A stretch of 53,430 nucleotides of DNA, the filler included, from Sphacelaria rigidula (lineage: Eukaryota), in NCBI GenBank assembly GCA_964200075.2. It is 5 parts of 5 records of this genome, joined end to end, with 100 filler letters (N's around TTAATTAATTAA, not from the genome) between each part and the next. Parts side by side here need not be neighbours in the genome. Positions count along the whole stretch, not along the records: positions 10,708 to 21,314 come from CAXNAA020006211.1; positions 21,415 to 32,020 come from CAXNAA020006212.1; 3 more parts are not named here. One strand, 5' to 3'. Shown piece after piece: positions 13,290-25,352 of this stretch. Made by a program: the position numbers and the translations under genes. The notes under the pieces were generated by a model that was given only the letters and a program-made list of their open reading frames with translations, had not been told where the DNA came from and did no database searches. Each line of letters begins with the position of its first letter. Positions within the stretch are counted from its first letter, which is position 1.

Positions 13290-13380
13290 TATCGGGGGAG
13301 ACATGGATGGGTTGATCCCATTGCATGACAGACTCGGTCCGAGAAAGGGGAAGGGCGAGGGAAGAGTTAAAAGTGTGACG
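13290..13380 (+). repeat. Dispersed repeat (GGGAGAGATGGGTTGATCCC...), other copies at ~18277-18355 and ~22805-22878
   Basis: Three homologous copies seen; the ends resemble the CAAT-tailed retroelement end. Confidence 0.65.
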
Positions 13381-13464
13381 AAAGCGAAGCTTGATTTCAA
13401 CAAATCTGGGAATTTCAGTCTCTCGGAGGGCGATTCCAGCCCGCGGAGGAAGTGCTTGGACCGG

Positions 13465-14575
13465 AATCTGGTCGGCGATGTTTCTCGGCGAGTTGCGAGG
13501 AGGACAGACCAATTCTCCAGTTCGACGTCGACCTTTGGTATCTCCCACCCTTCTGGTCAGATTTTGAAAACTCGTGCACATGTGTGCACGGGGAACAGGT
13601 TTGGGCTGAAGTTTCCGTGTTTTTGTACGTACACACATACTCGGACGTGTTCCAACTTAAGCAATAATGCGCAACACTCAAAAGTGAACGCCTAGATAAT
13701 TCGCGACTTGATCGGGTGTCGTCATAGCTACTGTAGCCGAGAAATATTGCCCGAAGGAATTTAGGTCCGAAAACTCAAGCTGTGGGATACAATTGCCTTC
13801 AGAGAGCGGCTTAAAAATCCCCAGGTTTGTACCGATGCAGGTTGGGCGTCATGGAAGCTTGTCTGAACGAACAATCACTGTCGGGTTTCGAAGTCACGAT
13901 CGACTTGATATTGGGCGAAATATCAAGAAGTGTCACTTACTAGTGACTTTTATGGTAGCAATAACAGTCCCACCGTAGTAAACGTCATGAATATTCATGT
14001 AAATAGATATCTTGTCGTCGCATTCCGGTTCTGAAACTGGTACATGACTATGGAGTTGGAGCGGAGTAAAAGTAGTGCATCTGAGTGCCGATAGTAGTGG
14101 TTCAGTTCAGACCAACTCTCATAGCTCCCCAATCTACATTGGTATAAAAATGTAGGGACGCACAAACTGGCCAATTATGTGATCGCTGAAGCAGAGCGGG
14201 AAGCCACGTTAAAAAATTAACATTCAATAAACAGGCTGAATAACTGCCCCGGGAAATTTCTGGCAATCACCAAATTTCCACCTGAGACTGGAATGCAAGT
14301 GATCACTGCTGTAGGACACGCGATCAGGTCGCAAAATTCTCTGTACGTTTACTTTTGAGTATTGCGCATTATTGCTCAAGTTGGAACACGTCCGACTTTG
14401 TGTGTACTGTATGTACAACAACACAGATACTCCAGCCCAAACCTGTCCCTCCTGCACACATGTGCACAAGTTTCTCAACCTGAGCAGAAGAGCTGGAAGA
14501 TACCGAAGGGCAACGTCGAACTGGATCATTGTCTGTTTTCCTCACAACTAGCGGAGAAACATTGCCCACCAGATT
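13465..14575. repeat. Pair of ~260-bp inverted repeats (13465-13720 and 14315-14575) in the 9-kb intron
   Basis: e.g. TCGGACGTGTTCCAACTTAAGCAATAATGCGCAA vs TTGCGCATTATTGCTCAAGTTGGAACACGTCCGA. Confidence 0.9.
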
Positions 14576-14863
14576 GTGCTCGGAGACCGAAACAGGGCGC
14601 GAAGCCACGTCTATACAAAACTGCCCCGGAAAAAATTCTATGAACCACCAAATTTCCACCTGAGACTGGCATACAAGTGGTCGCTGTTGTACATCACCGT
14701 ATTTCACGAAGAATCCTAGGCGTTGAGTCAGCTGTTCCTTCTCGTACCGATATGCTATCCCATACACAGCGGTATCGCTGGGTCCGCGTGTGCTGGGCGT
14801 ACCCGGCGATGCCTTTTGAAACCCAGATTAGAGCTGTACTCGCCTAGGAAACCAACCTTGCAA

Positions 14864-15329
14864 AGAGCAGGTCGGATAGGGTATGTACTCTCGAATACTT
14901 GGGTAAAATACCCGGGCATTTACTCAACCCAATGTTCGGATGGACTGGGTACGGCCTGAAATACTGCACCCAATTTTTGGGTAGATTGAGCACGACCTCA
15001 AATACTCTACTCAAATATTGCGTGAGCACTCTTAGCGATACCTGGGTATAGAGTATCACTCGGGTATGACCTTAATACTCCATCCTTTTTTTTGTGGATT
15101 GGGTACGATTTCCATACTCTACCCAATTTTTGGGTAGATTGAGCACGACCTCAAATGCTCTACCCAATATTGGGAAAGTAAGCACTCTCAGTAATACGTG
15201 AGTGTGGAGTATCACTTGGGTATAAAATCAATAAGTATGACCTCACATCCTCTACCCAAATTTTGGGTACGAAGAGTATGACTTTTCAAAATACCGAGCA
15301 TTGGGTATATACTCTACCCGACCTGCCCT
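14864..15329. mobile_element. ~465-bp MITE with internal ACCCAA/TTGGGT repeats
   Basis: TIR AGAGCAGGTCGGATAGGGTATGTAC / GTATATACTCTACCCGACCTGCCCT; TGCAA on both flanks (possible TSD). Confidence 0.85.
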
Positions 15330-18300
15330 TGCAACCTTGGCGTAATAAATCGACCGCCAAACCGGCTGGCGCGGGCTCCAGCCCGGGTCAAGCCTTAGCA
15401 GCGACTAAAATCGACCCTCACCTTCAAAACACTCAACAGTGTCGACCACTACACACGTCTACTTCGAAGAAACCCGAGATAGAGCGGTATCGCTGGGCCC
15501 GTGTGCGCTAAGGCTAAGTGGCGATGCCTCATGGATGCCGGATGGGTGCTGTTGAGGCGAAGATGACGCTTAAAACCAAGTGCCAAAACGGTCGGCACGG
15601 GCCGAAGCTCGGGTCCAGCCCCCCTAAACCATCTCAAGTCGACCTACAATCCCAAAATACAAATCAATGTCAACTGCTACATGGATCCACTGTGGGAAAA
15701 AAAAAAAAAACGGGACAGAGCGGTATCGCTGGATCGACGTGTGTAAGGCTTACCCGACTACACCGCTCGGTCCCGGATCGGAGCGGTACTCACCGAGAAA
15801 AGCGAAGTCATCTGAACTGTAGATCACGTCCACGTCCCAGGCTGCACAGTTCCCAACACGTATGTCACGGGATTGTGGCCTTCTACGTACACTTATCCAG
15901 CAGCCCTTTTCTGCATGGCCGTTGCACTGCAAACGTCGAGCAAAATCTGCGTGCCGTTCTCGATGTGTGTAGCATCTACGCGTGTCGCTACCCTGTGTAC
16001 TGGACTGTAGGTTCAGGGAAAGACCGGAAAAGCGCAGCGATCGCAGTCTCCAGCTCGGGTGCCGTCAACATCTCAAGACTCCACGTTGTCAAAGGGTTAC
16101 GCTGACCGTACGGAGGGTTTTCACTCAACATTCCGGCGCACCGTGCAGTTGACAGACTGCCGACCAAGTGTAAAAGCAACATACGATACTCACCTACCGC
16201 GCGTGCACCGAAGTGTGCAGCCTGATACTTAAGCGAGATAAATGCGGTACAGACAGCACAGAACAGCAGTACACTATACTGCATGATGAAGTGCTTCCAG
16301 ATTGGACCGACCGTAATAACTGACTGTGCATGTTTTGTGCGTTGGGAGCGGCGATCGACAGCGTTCGTAAGAGATACAACCGCGAACTCCTGGTACGCGA
16401 GATGCCACGACAACCGCCGGTGTGTGCTCAACTTCGGCGTCGACCTCGTGCTCTGCGATGGACACGTTCTTGGTATGACTCTTCTTCAGGCGAACATACG
16501 GCAGTCCTGACGGTGACGAGGAGGACAGTGCGATGACTGCTTCAGCCGACGTTCACCAAGACACAGCACAACTATACACTACATCGATTCAGTCCTCCAC
16601 CTCTGCTCCTGCTGTCGGTGTCGGTGTCGGGCCAAATTCGATTCCCTCGAATATTTCAAATTTCCATCGAAGTCAACCGCCGCATCATCACCGCCGCATG
16701 GGAACGTACCCGAAAGTATAGTTCCCCAACTCTGCGATCGACGCAGCGCCCAGCTAGCCTTGAAAAACCCGGCTGCTGGAAGCTGAAGTGGTAGGAAGCT
16801 CTGTTACGCGCATGTGCTACATGGACGCTGCGTTCCGAGGACTCAAGAATTGTCCGCATTGCCCACCACAAGCTCTCGCTGCGTGTGTGGTTGGATTCCG
16901 CAGAAAAAGACAGAACGAGCTACAAGACGTCTTTTCGTACAGAGCTGTGCTTGATATGACCAGTTGCGGACGTACCGAGGAGACTTTCCGCAAGCGCTAA
17001 TTCTGGTTCGCGGGGGGCCCTTGCCAGGCAGGACGAAACAACGTTTACCAAAACGCAGCATGCACGGACGGTTAGCTGTACAAGCGCCCAAGGAGGCTGG
17101 CCACCCCCCCTCAAAGCTGGGAGGACAACCTCGAGTGAAAACTACGTGCACTAGGGGCCCTCCCACGGGGCGAAACACAATGGAAATGGTTCATCTGCGG
17201 TATGGAGGTTTACGACGCCGCCTACTGGGTGTGCAGCGAAGAATAGGAGCGAATGGCATCCTATAGTCGAGAAAGAGGCGGAAGAGGTCGAGGACACGTG
17301 GCGACGCGAGGACAAACACGGATCTCCGCCATGAACGAGAAGCTGCTGCGTCGAGAGCCGCCCGATCGGAGAGCCGCTATCGCTAACACAGCAACACCAT
17401 CAGCTCGTCAGAAACTCGGGATGTAAATGACGAGAGAATGACCCACATTGTGCTCGGCCAGGGGTGAACGGGGGAAGCTGAGCTAACGCTAAAACGGACA
17501 TACCCAATATTTCCTATCGGTTGATGTTGATTTTGTCCTTGACTGGTGGTCTTGCGGTGTTCCCTGGTTTGTTTGTTTGCACCTGCACCTGCTTTATTGT
17601 ACGGTGTCCATGGGCTTCATCACTTATGTTGTCTCCTTCACTGTTCTCCATTTCTTTCCACATCTCTCTCTCTCTCCCCCTCTCCATGTGTGTGTGTGCG
17701 TGTTTTTTCCTCCCGGCGTACACAAGTCGCAGTTTCGTGCCTCGCATCCCCAGGGTTCATGGGTGCGAGCTTGTACCCAAACAACTGTGGCGGAAAGTGA
17801 TGAACCGCAATCGGTCTCCACGGCAATAATTGCAACATGAAAAAAAAAAGAAGTGTTTTACTAATATATCCAACATAATTGGCTATTGCCACAATGGGTT
17901 GTCAATAGTTGCAACAACATGGAAAAAAGATTGCTGCGTAAGGTATCGAACCTGTTGTTTATTGCCCAACCCAAAACTTTACGCAGTACTAGTACATTTT
18001 TTTTCCGGCTGCGAACAGCCGCCGCGCCCCGGTGGTTTAATGGTCCGATCGTCACCGTTAGGGCAGAGAGAGCGTGGGTTACTTTTCTGCTTTGATGGGG
18101 CTTTTTTTTGCTCCTTGTTTTCGTCAAAGTATTTGATTTCCACCGCTGAAGGGGTGAGGACGTCAGTGAACAAAAAGTGGCTGACTGAATTTGTTTGACG
18201 AGAGTTGACGCCCTGCGGAAGTGGAGTGCTGATAGTCATAATCCAATCGTCGAGACCAAAGTGCAAGGCGTGCAGCGGGGAGAGATGGGTTGATCCCTTG

Positions 18301-18553
18301 AGACCATTAGACCACGGACTCATCCCAAGGAAGGGAAGAGGTTCAGAGTATGACTGAAGAAAAAAAAAAGAAAAAAACATCGACAAAGGTATGATATAGA
18401 CTACCGAGCATTTGATCCTTGTCATAAGCACTCCCGAATTTCCATCTGTTGATTGCCTTCCCACGCTTTCAAAGATGAGAAATAGATTCTCAGAAGGCAT
18501 ACCATCATGACCACATATATCAGTCGGAATTCGAACCCATGAAATTCCCCACA

Positions 18554-18693
18554 AACGCTCCCTTTGGTGTAGTCCCAGGTTGTCGATCGGGGCACAACAA
18601 CGTTCATGCGGACCGAAAGGGGTGGCCTCGCATATTTAGTCATTCACCAGTGCGGTGCGCAGGACGGAGCCGCATCTACACCAGCGGAGCGTT
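18554..18693. repeat. 140-bp segment bounded by ~18-bp inverted repeats (possible mini-MITE)
   Basis: AACGCTCCCTTTGGTGTAG ... CTACACCAGCGGAGCGTT. Confidence 0.5.
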
Positions 18694-18996
18694 CTACCAC
18701 TCCTATACTATTGTACGCAGATAACTCCATATTTGACAGCACATGATCTTTTTTTTACGCCATTTTTTTTCCGTTCTCGGTTTTTTCGTCAGTTTCGTTT
18801 TTCGTTTTTTTACTTTTTAAAATAATTTCCTGTGTTGCGTCATTTTTATTTCTCCGACCTCTCTCCTCTTCCTCGGGACGACTGTCGCAAGGTACGGTGC
18901 CGGCCTGACGTTTCGGCGAATACATATATAATATATACTTATATATATGTATATGTGTGTGAAACAAGCTTCGCCCGGGTGGGGCAGCAGAACGTT

Positions 18997-19298
18997 GTCA
19001 ACACCGTTTTCGTGAGATTGAGAGTAGAGCGCTGACTGAGAGTGGCTTTGATTCTTCGCATTAACTCGGCCAATTTTTCATTCCGTATGTGCTGTTATTT
19101 GCCTCCATCACTGGCGTGTGCTTACAGCTTCACGTCGATATCTTGAGGATATCAAGGGTCTCAGTGGCAAGCTACTGCAGAAAAGATATTGGGCTTCGTG
19201 GAGGGGCATTTTAGAACTGAAACGATTCATTCACTAATTGAACGCTTTTCACTCTCGACTGCATCCTCTACTCTCACTCTCACGAAAGCATTGTTTGT
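18997..19298. mobile_element. ~300-bp MITE, copy 2 (inverted relative to 4164-4465)
   Basis: Same TIR and internal sequence as copy 1. Confidence 0.85.
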
Positions 19299-20456
19299 CG
19301 TGCCCTGCCGCCGAAGGATATCCAAAGCGAAGCGTGATTTTCTCTTCCACGATCAGGCAAGCGTGCGACCGTGGTCAAGGGCAGGCTAGAAAAAAGAGTG
19401 AACAAAGTGGTGCGGTAGTACCGGCTATGTTCAACCGGGATTAATGCGCTGGCCCCATTGTTTCGGGCTCTTGTACCAGAGACTCTGTTGCCTAGGTTGC
19501 CCAAGATCCAGTTTCACAGGTTTGAACGTTTCGGGTCCGCTTATGTGTGTCACTGCCGGACCCCGTTCCTGAGACTGTTTCTTCGGCTCACGTGTGTGTT
19601 TTGGATGTCCATTCATACATACGTGGTCTCCACATATATAAATATATATATATATATATAGCGGGTCTGGACCAACACTACTGAACCCCATCGGCTCTTA
19701 CCGATTTTTCCCCTGCCAACTTATGCAAGCTCCTGACGAATCATCGCTGGTTTAAACCACCAAATCTAAGATATCTGGGGCCTGACTGCACCGAAAGAGA
19801 AGAAAACAATTGCCCGCGGGTCAGAACCGCCACCACACACATTTGTCGCCATCCCACGTCATGCCCGGGTGCGCGTGCCTGAGGCACAACTCTGAAAACA
19901 ACGTCCTAGGATTAATTCGTACGGTACGAGTCAACTGCATGAAAAAAGGAAGTGGTGCTTCCAGACGAATACTTTTTCGTCCGACCCATGAACCAACGCC
20001 CTAACGCTCTTCATTCCGGTAACTAGACTGTACAGGAAAAAACGCATATTTATCGGGATTCGAACCGTCAACCCTACGGCCTATCCTGCTCACTAGACGT
20101 GTGTCCAGTGAAAACCATCGGGGTTCTGTGGCAGGGCCGAACCAAAATCTAATTGTAACGTCACGTCTTGCAGGGAGGTTGGTCAAAAGGCTACTCGAAA
20201 ACAAAATGCATGAAGAATAATGGCACGTGAAACAAAAGAGTAAAATGTTTCGAAATAACAATGAAAACGCTAGGTTATTATTCAGCGAGAATCCTTCACG
20301 TTTCGTTATTTTCCACCTTGCTCTTGTTACCAGCATGTCCAGCAAACCGAATCACGGCGTGCATTCGCCGTGTACATAAGTATAGCTGTCGTATCCTACG
20401 CATGGTTTCATGGTGAGCACAAACATACCCTAGCACCACCATTTTTTTTGTCGCAC

Positions 20457-20549
20457 CTCTCGAAGTTCTTCTTGGGGTAGAAATTGCTCTCCGGACGCAG
20501 GTGCCAGTGCTTGAGCCCCGTCACCAAAGCGGGCTTCAGCACCCTTCGG
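20457..20549 (-). CDS. SGNH/GDSL-like protein, exon B (SRRVLKPALVTGLKHWHLRPESNFYPKKNFE)
   Basis: cacag|...|gtgcga; 93 nt, phase 2->2; not in the ORF track, found by reading the sequence. Confidence 0.88.
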
Positions 20550-20979
20550 CTGTGTCATACGCACGCAGGCGGTACGCACAACACCAAAAAAAAAGAGTAG
20601 GACATGCTAAAATCATCATCATCATCATCATCATCACCGTCTTTATGAAAATAAAATAGAAGGAAGTAAAAAATAGAAACAAAAACGAAAAAAGATACAT
20701 TAAGATAAATGTATGCTCACATGCTATGTTATGTTGTGTTGTGTTGTCTTTTCTTTTCTTTCAATTTGCTCGTGTGTTCCGTTCTTCAGTTCACCAAAAA
20801 ACAAACCTTTCACAGTCGAAGCAAAAATCAAGCAGACACACGAACCAAGGGGTGATAAAACGGCGTGATAAAATAGTTCACATAATCGGTCCCTCTTCGT
20901 GTAATCAATGGTCATTTTATTTTTTTCGTCTTATTTCGTTTTTTTCTTCTTTTACACTGCCTCTTACTTCTGTATTCAC

Positions 20980-21215
20980 CTTGTACCAACGGTCACTTGG
21001 CGCCAAGCAGGGGTAAGCGTGTGCGAATCCCCGCACACATACACCGCCTCCTCCACACTGTCACCGCTCGCACCGCTGGAAGCCGACGATCCTGAGCCCT
21101 CACCCTCCTTCGCCGCGGGACATTCCTGGGGGAATTCTTGCGGACTGATCATCGGCGGAGTAGTGTCGTTGCCGTTGGCGGAGGAAAGCAGCTGCGCGAT
21201 GCAGCAGTAATATGC
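20980..21215 (-). CDS. SGNH/GDSL-like protein, exon A (AYYCCIAQLL...VYVCGDSHTLTPAWRQV)
   Basis: ttttcgccag|...|gtgaat; 236 nt, phase 0->2; GDSH resembles SGNH block I. Confidence 0.88.
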
Positions 21216-21246
21216 CTGGCGAAAACCAGCATGGGAGGGTGGTGGG

Positions 21247-21314
21247 GTACTCATGATTATGCATGCCGTAGTTATAAGACCATCGACCTCGCATCCCTAC
21301 AAAGCCGGGACGGA
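21247..21314 (-). mobile_element. 3' end of C-tailed LINE (subfamily B)
   Basis: Reverse complement reads ...GGATGCGAGGTCGATGGTC...GCATGCATAATCATGAGTAC-CCCACCACCCTCCC; homologous to 32595-32657 and 34185-34258. Confidence 0.8.
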
Positions 21315-21414
21315 NNNNNNNNNNNNNNNNNNNNNNNNNNNNNNNNNNNNNNNNNNNNTTAATTAATTAANNNNNNNNNNNNNNNNNNNNNNNNNNNNNN
21401 NNNNNNNNNNNNNN
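21315..21414. other. Artificial contig linker
   Basis: N44-TTAATTAATTAA-N44. Confidence 0.98.
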
Positions 21415-21484
21415 GCGGGCGGGGGGCGGGGCGGGGAGGGGGCGGGCGGGGGGGGGGGGGGGGCGAGGGGGGCGGAGGGCGGGC

Positions 21485-21551
21485 GTACTCATTTGTTGCT
21501 TGCCTTAGTCGTTCGACCATTGACCACTCATCCCTTTTGAGACGGAGTACC
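21485..21551 (-). mobile_element. 3' end of C-tailed LINE (subfamily A) with a ~70-nt G/C tract at 21415-21484
   Basis: GTACTCATTTGTTGCTTGCCTTAGTCG directly after the G-tract. Confidence 0.88.
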
Positions 21552-23210
21552 CAGGAAGGGGAGAGATTGGAACTATGACGAAACGAAACCTTCAGTCGTT
21601 TACGCCGGTTGATTCTGTCAGTTTTTGTGGGCGGGTTCTGCACTTTCTCGTTGCGTAGGTGTCACTAATCGGAGGAGAAACGGTCGTTGGTGTCTGTCAC
21701 TCGCCGACAGTTATCAGACTGCATGTACAATGTATCGATTCAGCTTCCCTGGTTCACCTTAACTCCCACCCCGCCGGTTGTCACTCTCGATCATTTTGCT
21801 TTCAAGGCTGTTTGTGTAAGTCTCAACGTAGGGCGACATGTTGACGTGCCTTCCTACTCATGATTCACGAGTACTCGGTGGAGCTTTTGCTTGTAGAGTT
21901 GTGTCATTGGTGAAGGAAATCTAAAACCAGAAACCACACAATCGAAACTTACCACCTTGACCATATCTTAGATTCCAACGTATAGGACATTTGACGTCGG
22001 AAATATCGCCGCCACCTAGCTTGGACGTCATACATCACCTGATTTCCCCCATTCACCAGGTTCTGGGGATTCACAAAAACAGCTGGATGTCATAATCCAA
22101 CTCGAGATGGAAGAATGTGCAGACGATGTGGGAATGGAGTACTGCAACTGTCACCACAGGCACCATATCTTCCTATCCGGAGTTGGATTTTTGGAACATG
22201 ACCGTTCGCGAGCCTGGATCCTAACGAATCGGAAAATTAGGTTGAGATTCTCTTGTTAAGGGAAGGCAGGCAGAAGTGCCCAACACAGGTGTCTGGCGAT
22301 ACTTCCAGTTGGGGGTGAAAATGTGGTCAAACATCTCATACGGCATAATTTAATCGAAAAACATGTAGTCTCGATGGAAGGTTGCCTCGCTACTACGTCG
22401 GGTACGGTGGTCAGACGAGTTACCACGGGGGCCAACGACCTACAGTATTCCTCTTTCTGTTGCACGCAATTTGGACGCGAAAAGGTGTATCCCGGGGGTG
22501 ACGTTGATTACGAGTTGTTTCTCACGAGAAACAAGGTTTTCGCAGTGCTGAAAATTCTGAACTGTGACAACCGTCATGCCAACCTTAACTAGTCGGGACT
22601 GAGAATTGGTGAACATGGAAACCTGTCATGTCTCATGGCTAAAAGCATCCTCGAGTATGAAGGTTGAGCGGCAGTTCAGACGTGGCCTACAACTCAAAAT
22701 CAGTTTCCTTGTTGGGAGATTATGGTCAAAACTGGCTCGCTGCGTGTATTTTTTTGGGGTCTAACGTTGTCGAGTGATGAAGGACGGCAATCCTGTATAC
22801 TAGTATCGGGGAGAGATGGGTTGATCCCTTAAAACCACGGATTCGTCCCGACGAGGGGGGGGGTTCAACGTGCGACAATAAAAATCATAATATCATGATA
22901 AAAATAAAGTATATCACCACGTGACACGATGCTCCATTAGTTAGTAAAGCCAAAAATTCATGATGTCTAGTTGCAGCCTTTGCTTGTCTTCTTGGGGGAT
23001 ACGGCATACTTGGCTGTTCATCCGTAGTGAGATACAGCACTTGCAACAGTTTGAAGCCCTTACTCGTGGGAGCAATATGACATGTCTAGTCGTCGGTTCG
23101 ATAACATCCGACCCTTCACATTTGGCAGGTTTACGAAGTCTTTCCTGTTTCCGCACTTGTCCACCGAAAACACTTGAAGTATTCGCATAACTTGGCCAAG
23201 CTTTATCGAT

Positions 23211-23285
23211 TAGAAACAGATGTTCCGTCTCGGAAGGGATGCGTGGTCAATGGTCAAATGACTAAGGCAAGCAACAAATGAGTAC
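23211..23285 (+). mobile_element. 3' end of C-tailed LINE (subfamily A)
   Basis: ...CTAAGGCAAGCAACAAATGAGTAC followed by G and a C9 run. Confidence 0.88.
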
Positions 23286-25352
23286 GCCCCCCCCCTAACC
23301 ACTTTTCCGTTCCACTCAACGTTTGGCCCTTTTCTTATGCAACAGTACGGCTTTGTGTCTCTGGCTAATAATATGCAAACATGGAACAATACAAGTGTTT
23401 CAAGACATGGAAGCAAATACGGAACAACGAAAATCCGCCGTAAATCTGGTGAGACAATACCTGAAAATTTCCTGGTAGTATTATAACTGTAGTTTCATAC
23501 GGTAACCGAGTGGTGGTAATTTTCATCACATGAAAATATGTAGTGAGCGTACTTTTTCCTTGTCTTTTTCCCTGCCCTACCGAATTTTTTTTATCTCCCT
23601 AGCGTCATTCCCGGATAGCTCAGTCGCAACCTGCTTCGGTGCGTCGCGTCTTGTACGAACTCCAGTGTCAATCCCGTCGGGGTCTTCTCGTGGAACATAT
23701 CTGAACTGGTTTTGGTCCCTAGTCTTCGTCAGCTTGTTGCGGTATTCATCTTCGTGTGCTCTCTCTATTTTGACCTCTGCTCAAGGTCCCTTCGCGACGA
23801 ATGTTTACATTCTTTTCGCCTTGATTACGCTCACCTTGAGGTCATGGTTGGATCTGTGGCGGGTCAGCTCTCGTGAAACAATCGATGATCCGTCATTTGG
23901 CCATCTCATTGATCTGAAATTCAACCGAAGCTATCTGGCTATGCCCGGTTTTCCGGCTCCAAGAGCACGGTGCGGTTATAGGGTAAATGGATCAACATGA
24001 GCACCAGTTTTGCAGCTGAATATTCTTCGTTGGGGACATTGATCATGTCAAAAGTGTCCACTAAGTTTCAATGACAACCCTGGAGAATGACAATACAATA
24101 TTTTGACACGGAAAATCCGGATTGGTCGCCTTTTGCGAGATGCTGACGCGTCGACCTGACATTCCGAGAAGCTTGATTCTGCGACTGCATGTCGGGATAT
24201 GTGGTTGTTGATTAGAAGTCAGTACCATCCGGTTCTTTTCGACTTGTAGGTGTGGCATCTGAAGTTGTTGACCGCGCGTTTCATATTCGCTGTCACTTTC
24301 TGGAAAATACGCATGTCTAAGAATTCTCCGGGACTTTCCCGCAACACTTTTGGCTTGAAATCGTCTACTTAGAGTGAAGCATGAGCAAATAGACTCCCGT
24401 CGGCCATGCACGAATTCCTTCATTTACATGTGTTGTACCAAGCAAGTGCTTTGAGTGCGAGCTTTGGACATAACCATCATCTCGATGTGCCTCAAAATAT
24501 CTGACCCATTTATTTACCGAAGTGAACCATGTCTTTCACAGAGAATCGAGCTGTGGTGACCCGTGCGTTACCGTCAAATGTTCCATCTCGAGCGAATGAC
24601 CAACATAAGCTCAAGAAAAGCGATACTGCTTTGAGCTTGTCATGCCACTCTGCTGCTGCGCTGAAAGCCGGGGCGGAGTTCAGTTGCGAAGTTGTCACCT
24701 TCACGAGCAAATTGATGCGTTGACCAAAAGGAAAAGTGGCATGACAAGATGTGAATAATCTGCTCACTCTTCAAACCGGAAAGACTTGACAGCAGTAGTC
24801 GTTACCCGGCCGAATGGTGCTCATAATTGTTTTCATCTATATACGCAAATATTGTTCGTCCTACGGCATGGAGAGTCTTAGGCGTGTGCAGCCAAGCTCC
24901 AATAATTCCCCGACAATGACCCGACCTACTGCCCCCACGCCACGCCACGCCACCTTGTCCGGGGGTTTAGGGATCCATGTCTCCTCAGCTTTGTTAGGTT
25001 TTGCAGATACATCGAGCGGGGTTTGTGTTTTACATTACCACAAGTTTGGTCAACGGGACACGGGCGTCCGTCGGTGATCGCGGGTACAGATGGGTCAACA
25101 TGCGTACCCGTGGGTCGTACTTTGATGATATAACACCTCGCTGTCCTTGGTGATAAAGGACGACGCACCGGTACGGTGGGAACAGTTTGCGACGTGCGTT
25201 TCATGTTCTCTCTTCAATAGCGGACCTCGAAGACGATCATGAGGTACAACTGATTCGTCGCTGTTATCATAAAAAATTCTACGGTGTATTGGTGTGGCTG
25301 ACTTCATGCGTAACAGCGAGGCGAAACGGAGAGATTTTTCGCGGGTCCCCAC

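Noticed and set aside
17200-17400. Possible gag zinc-knuckle remnant (WVCSEE...RGGRGRG)
   Set aside because: Too degenerate, with stops and no complete CCHC motif.
21940-24990. Several exon-like minus-strand stretches downstream of the contig-3 gene
   Set aside because: A consistent phase chain could not be built; left unannotated.
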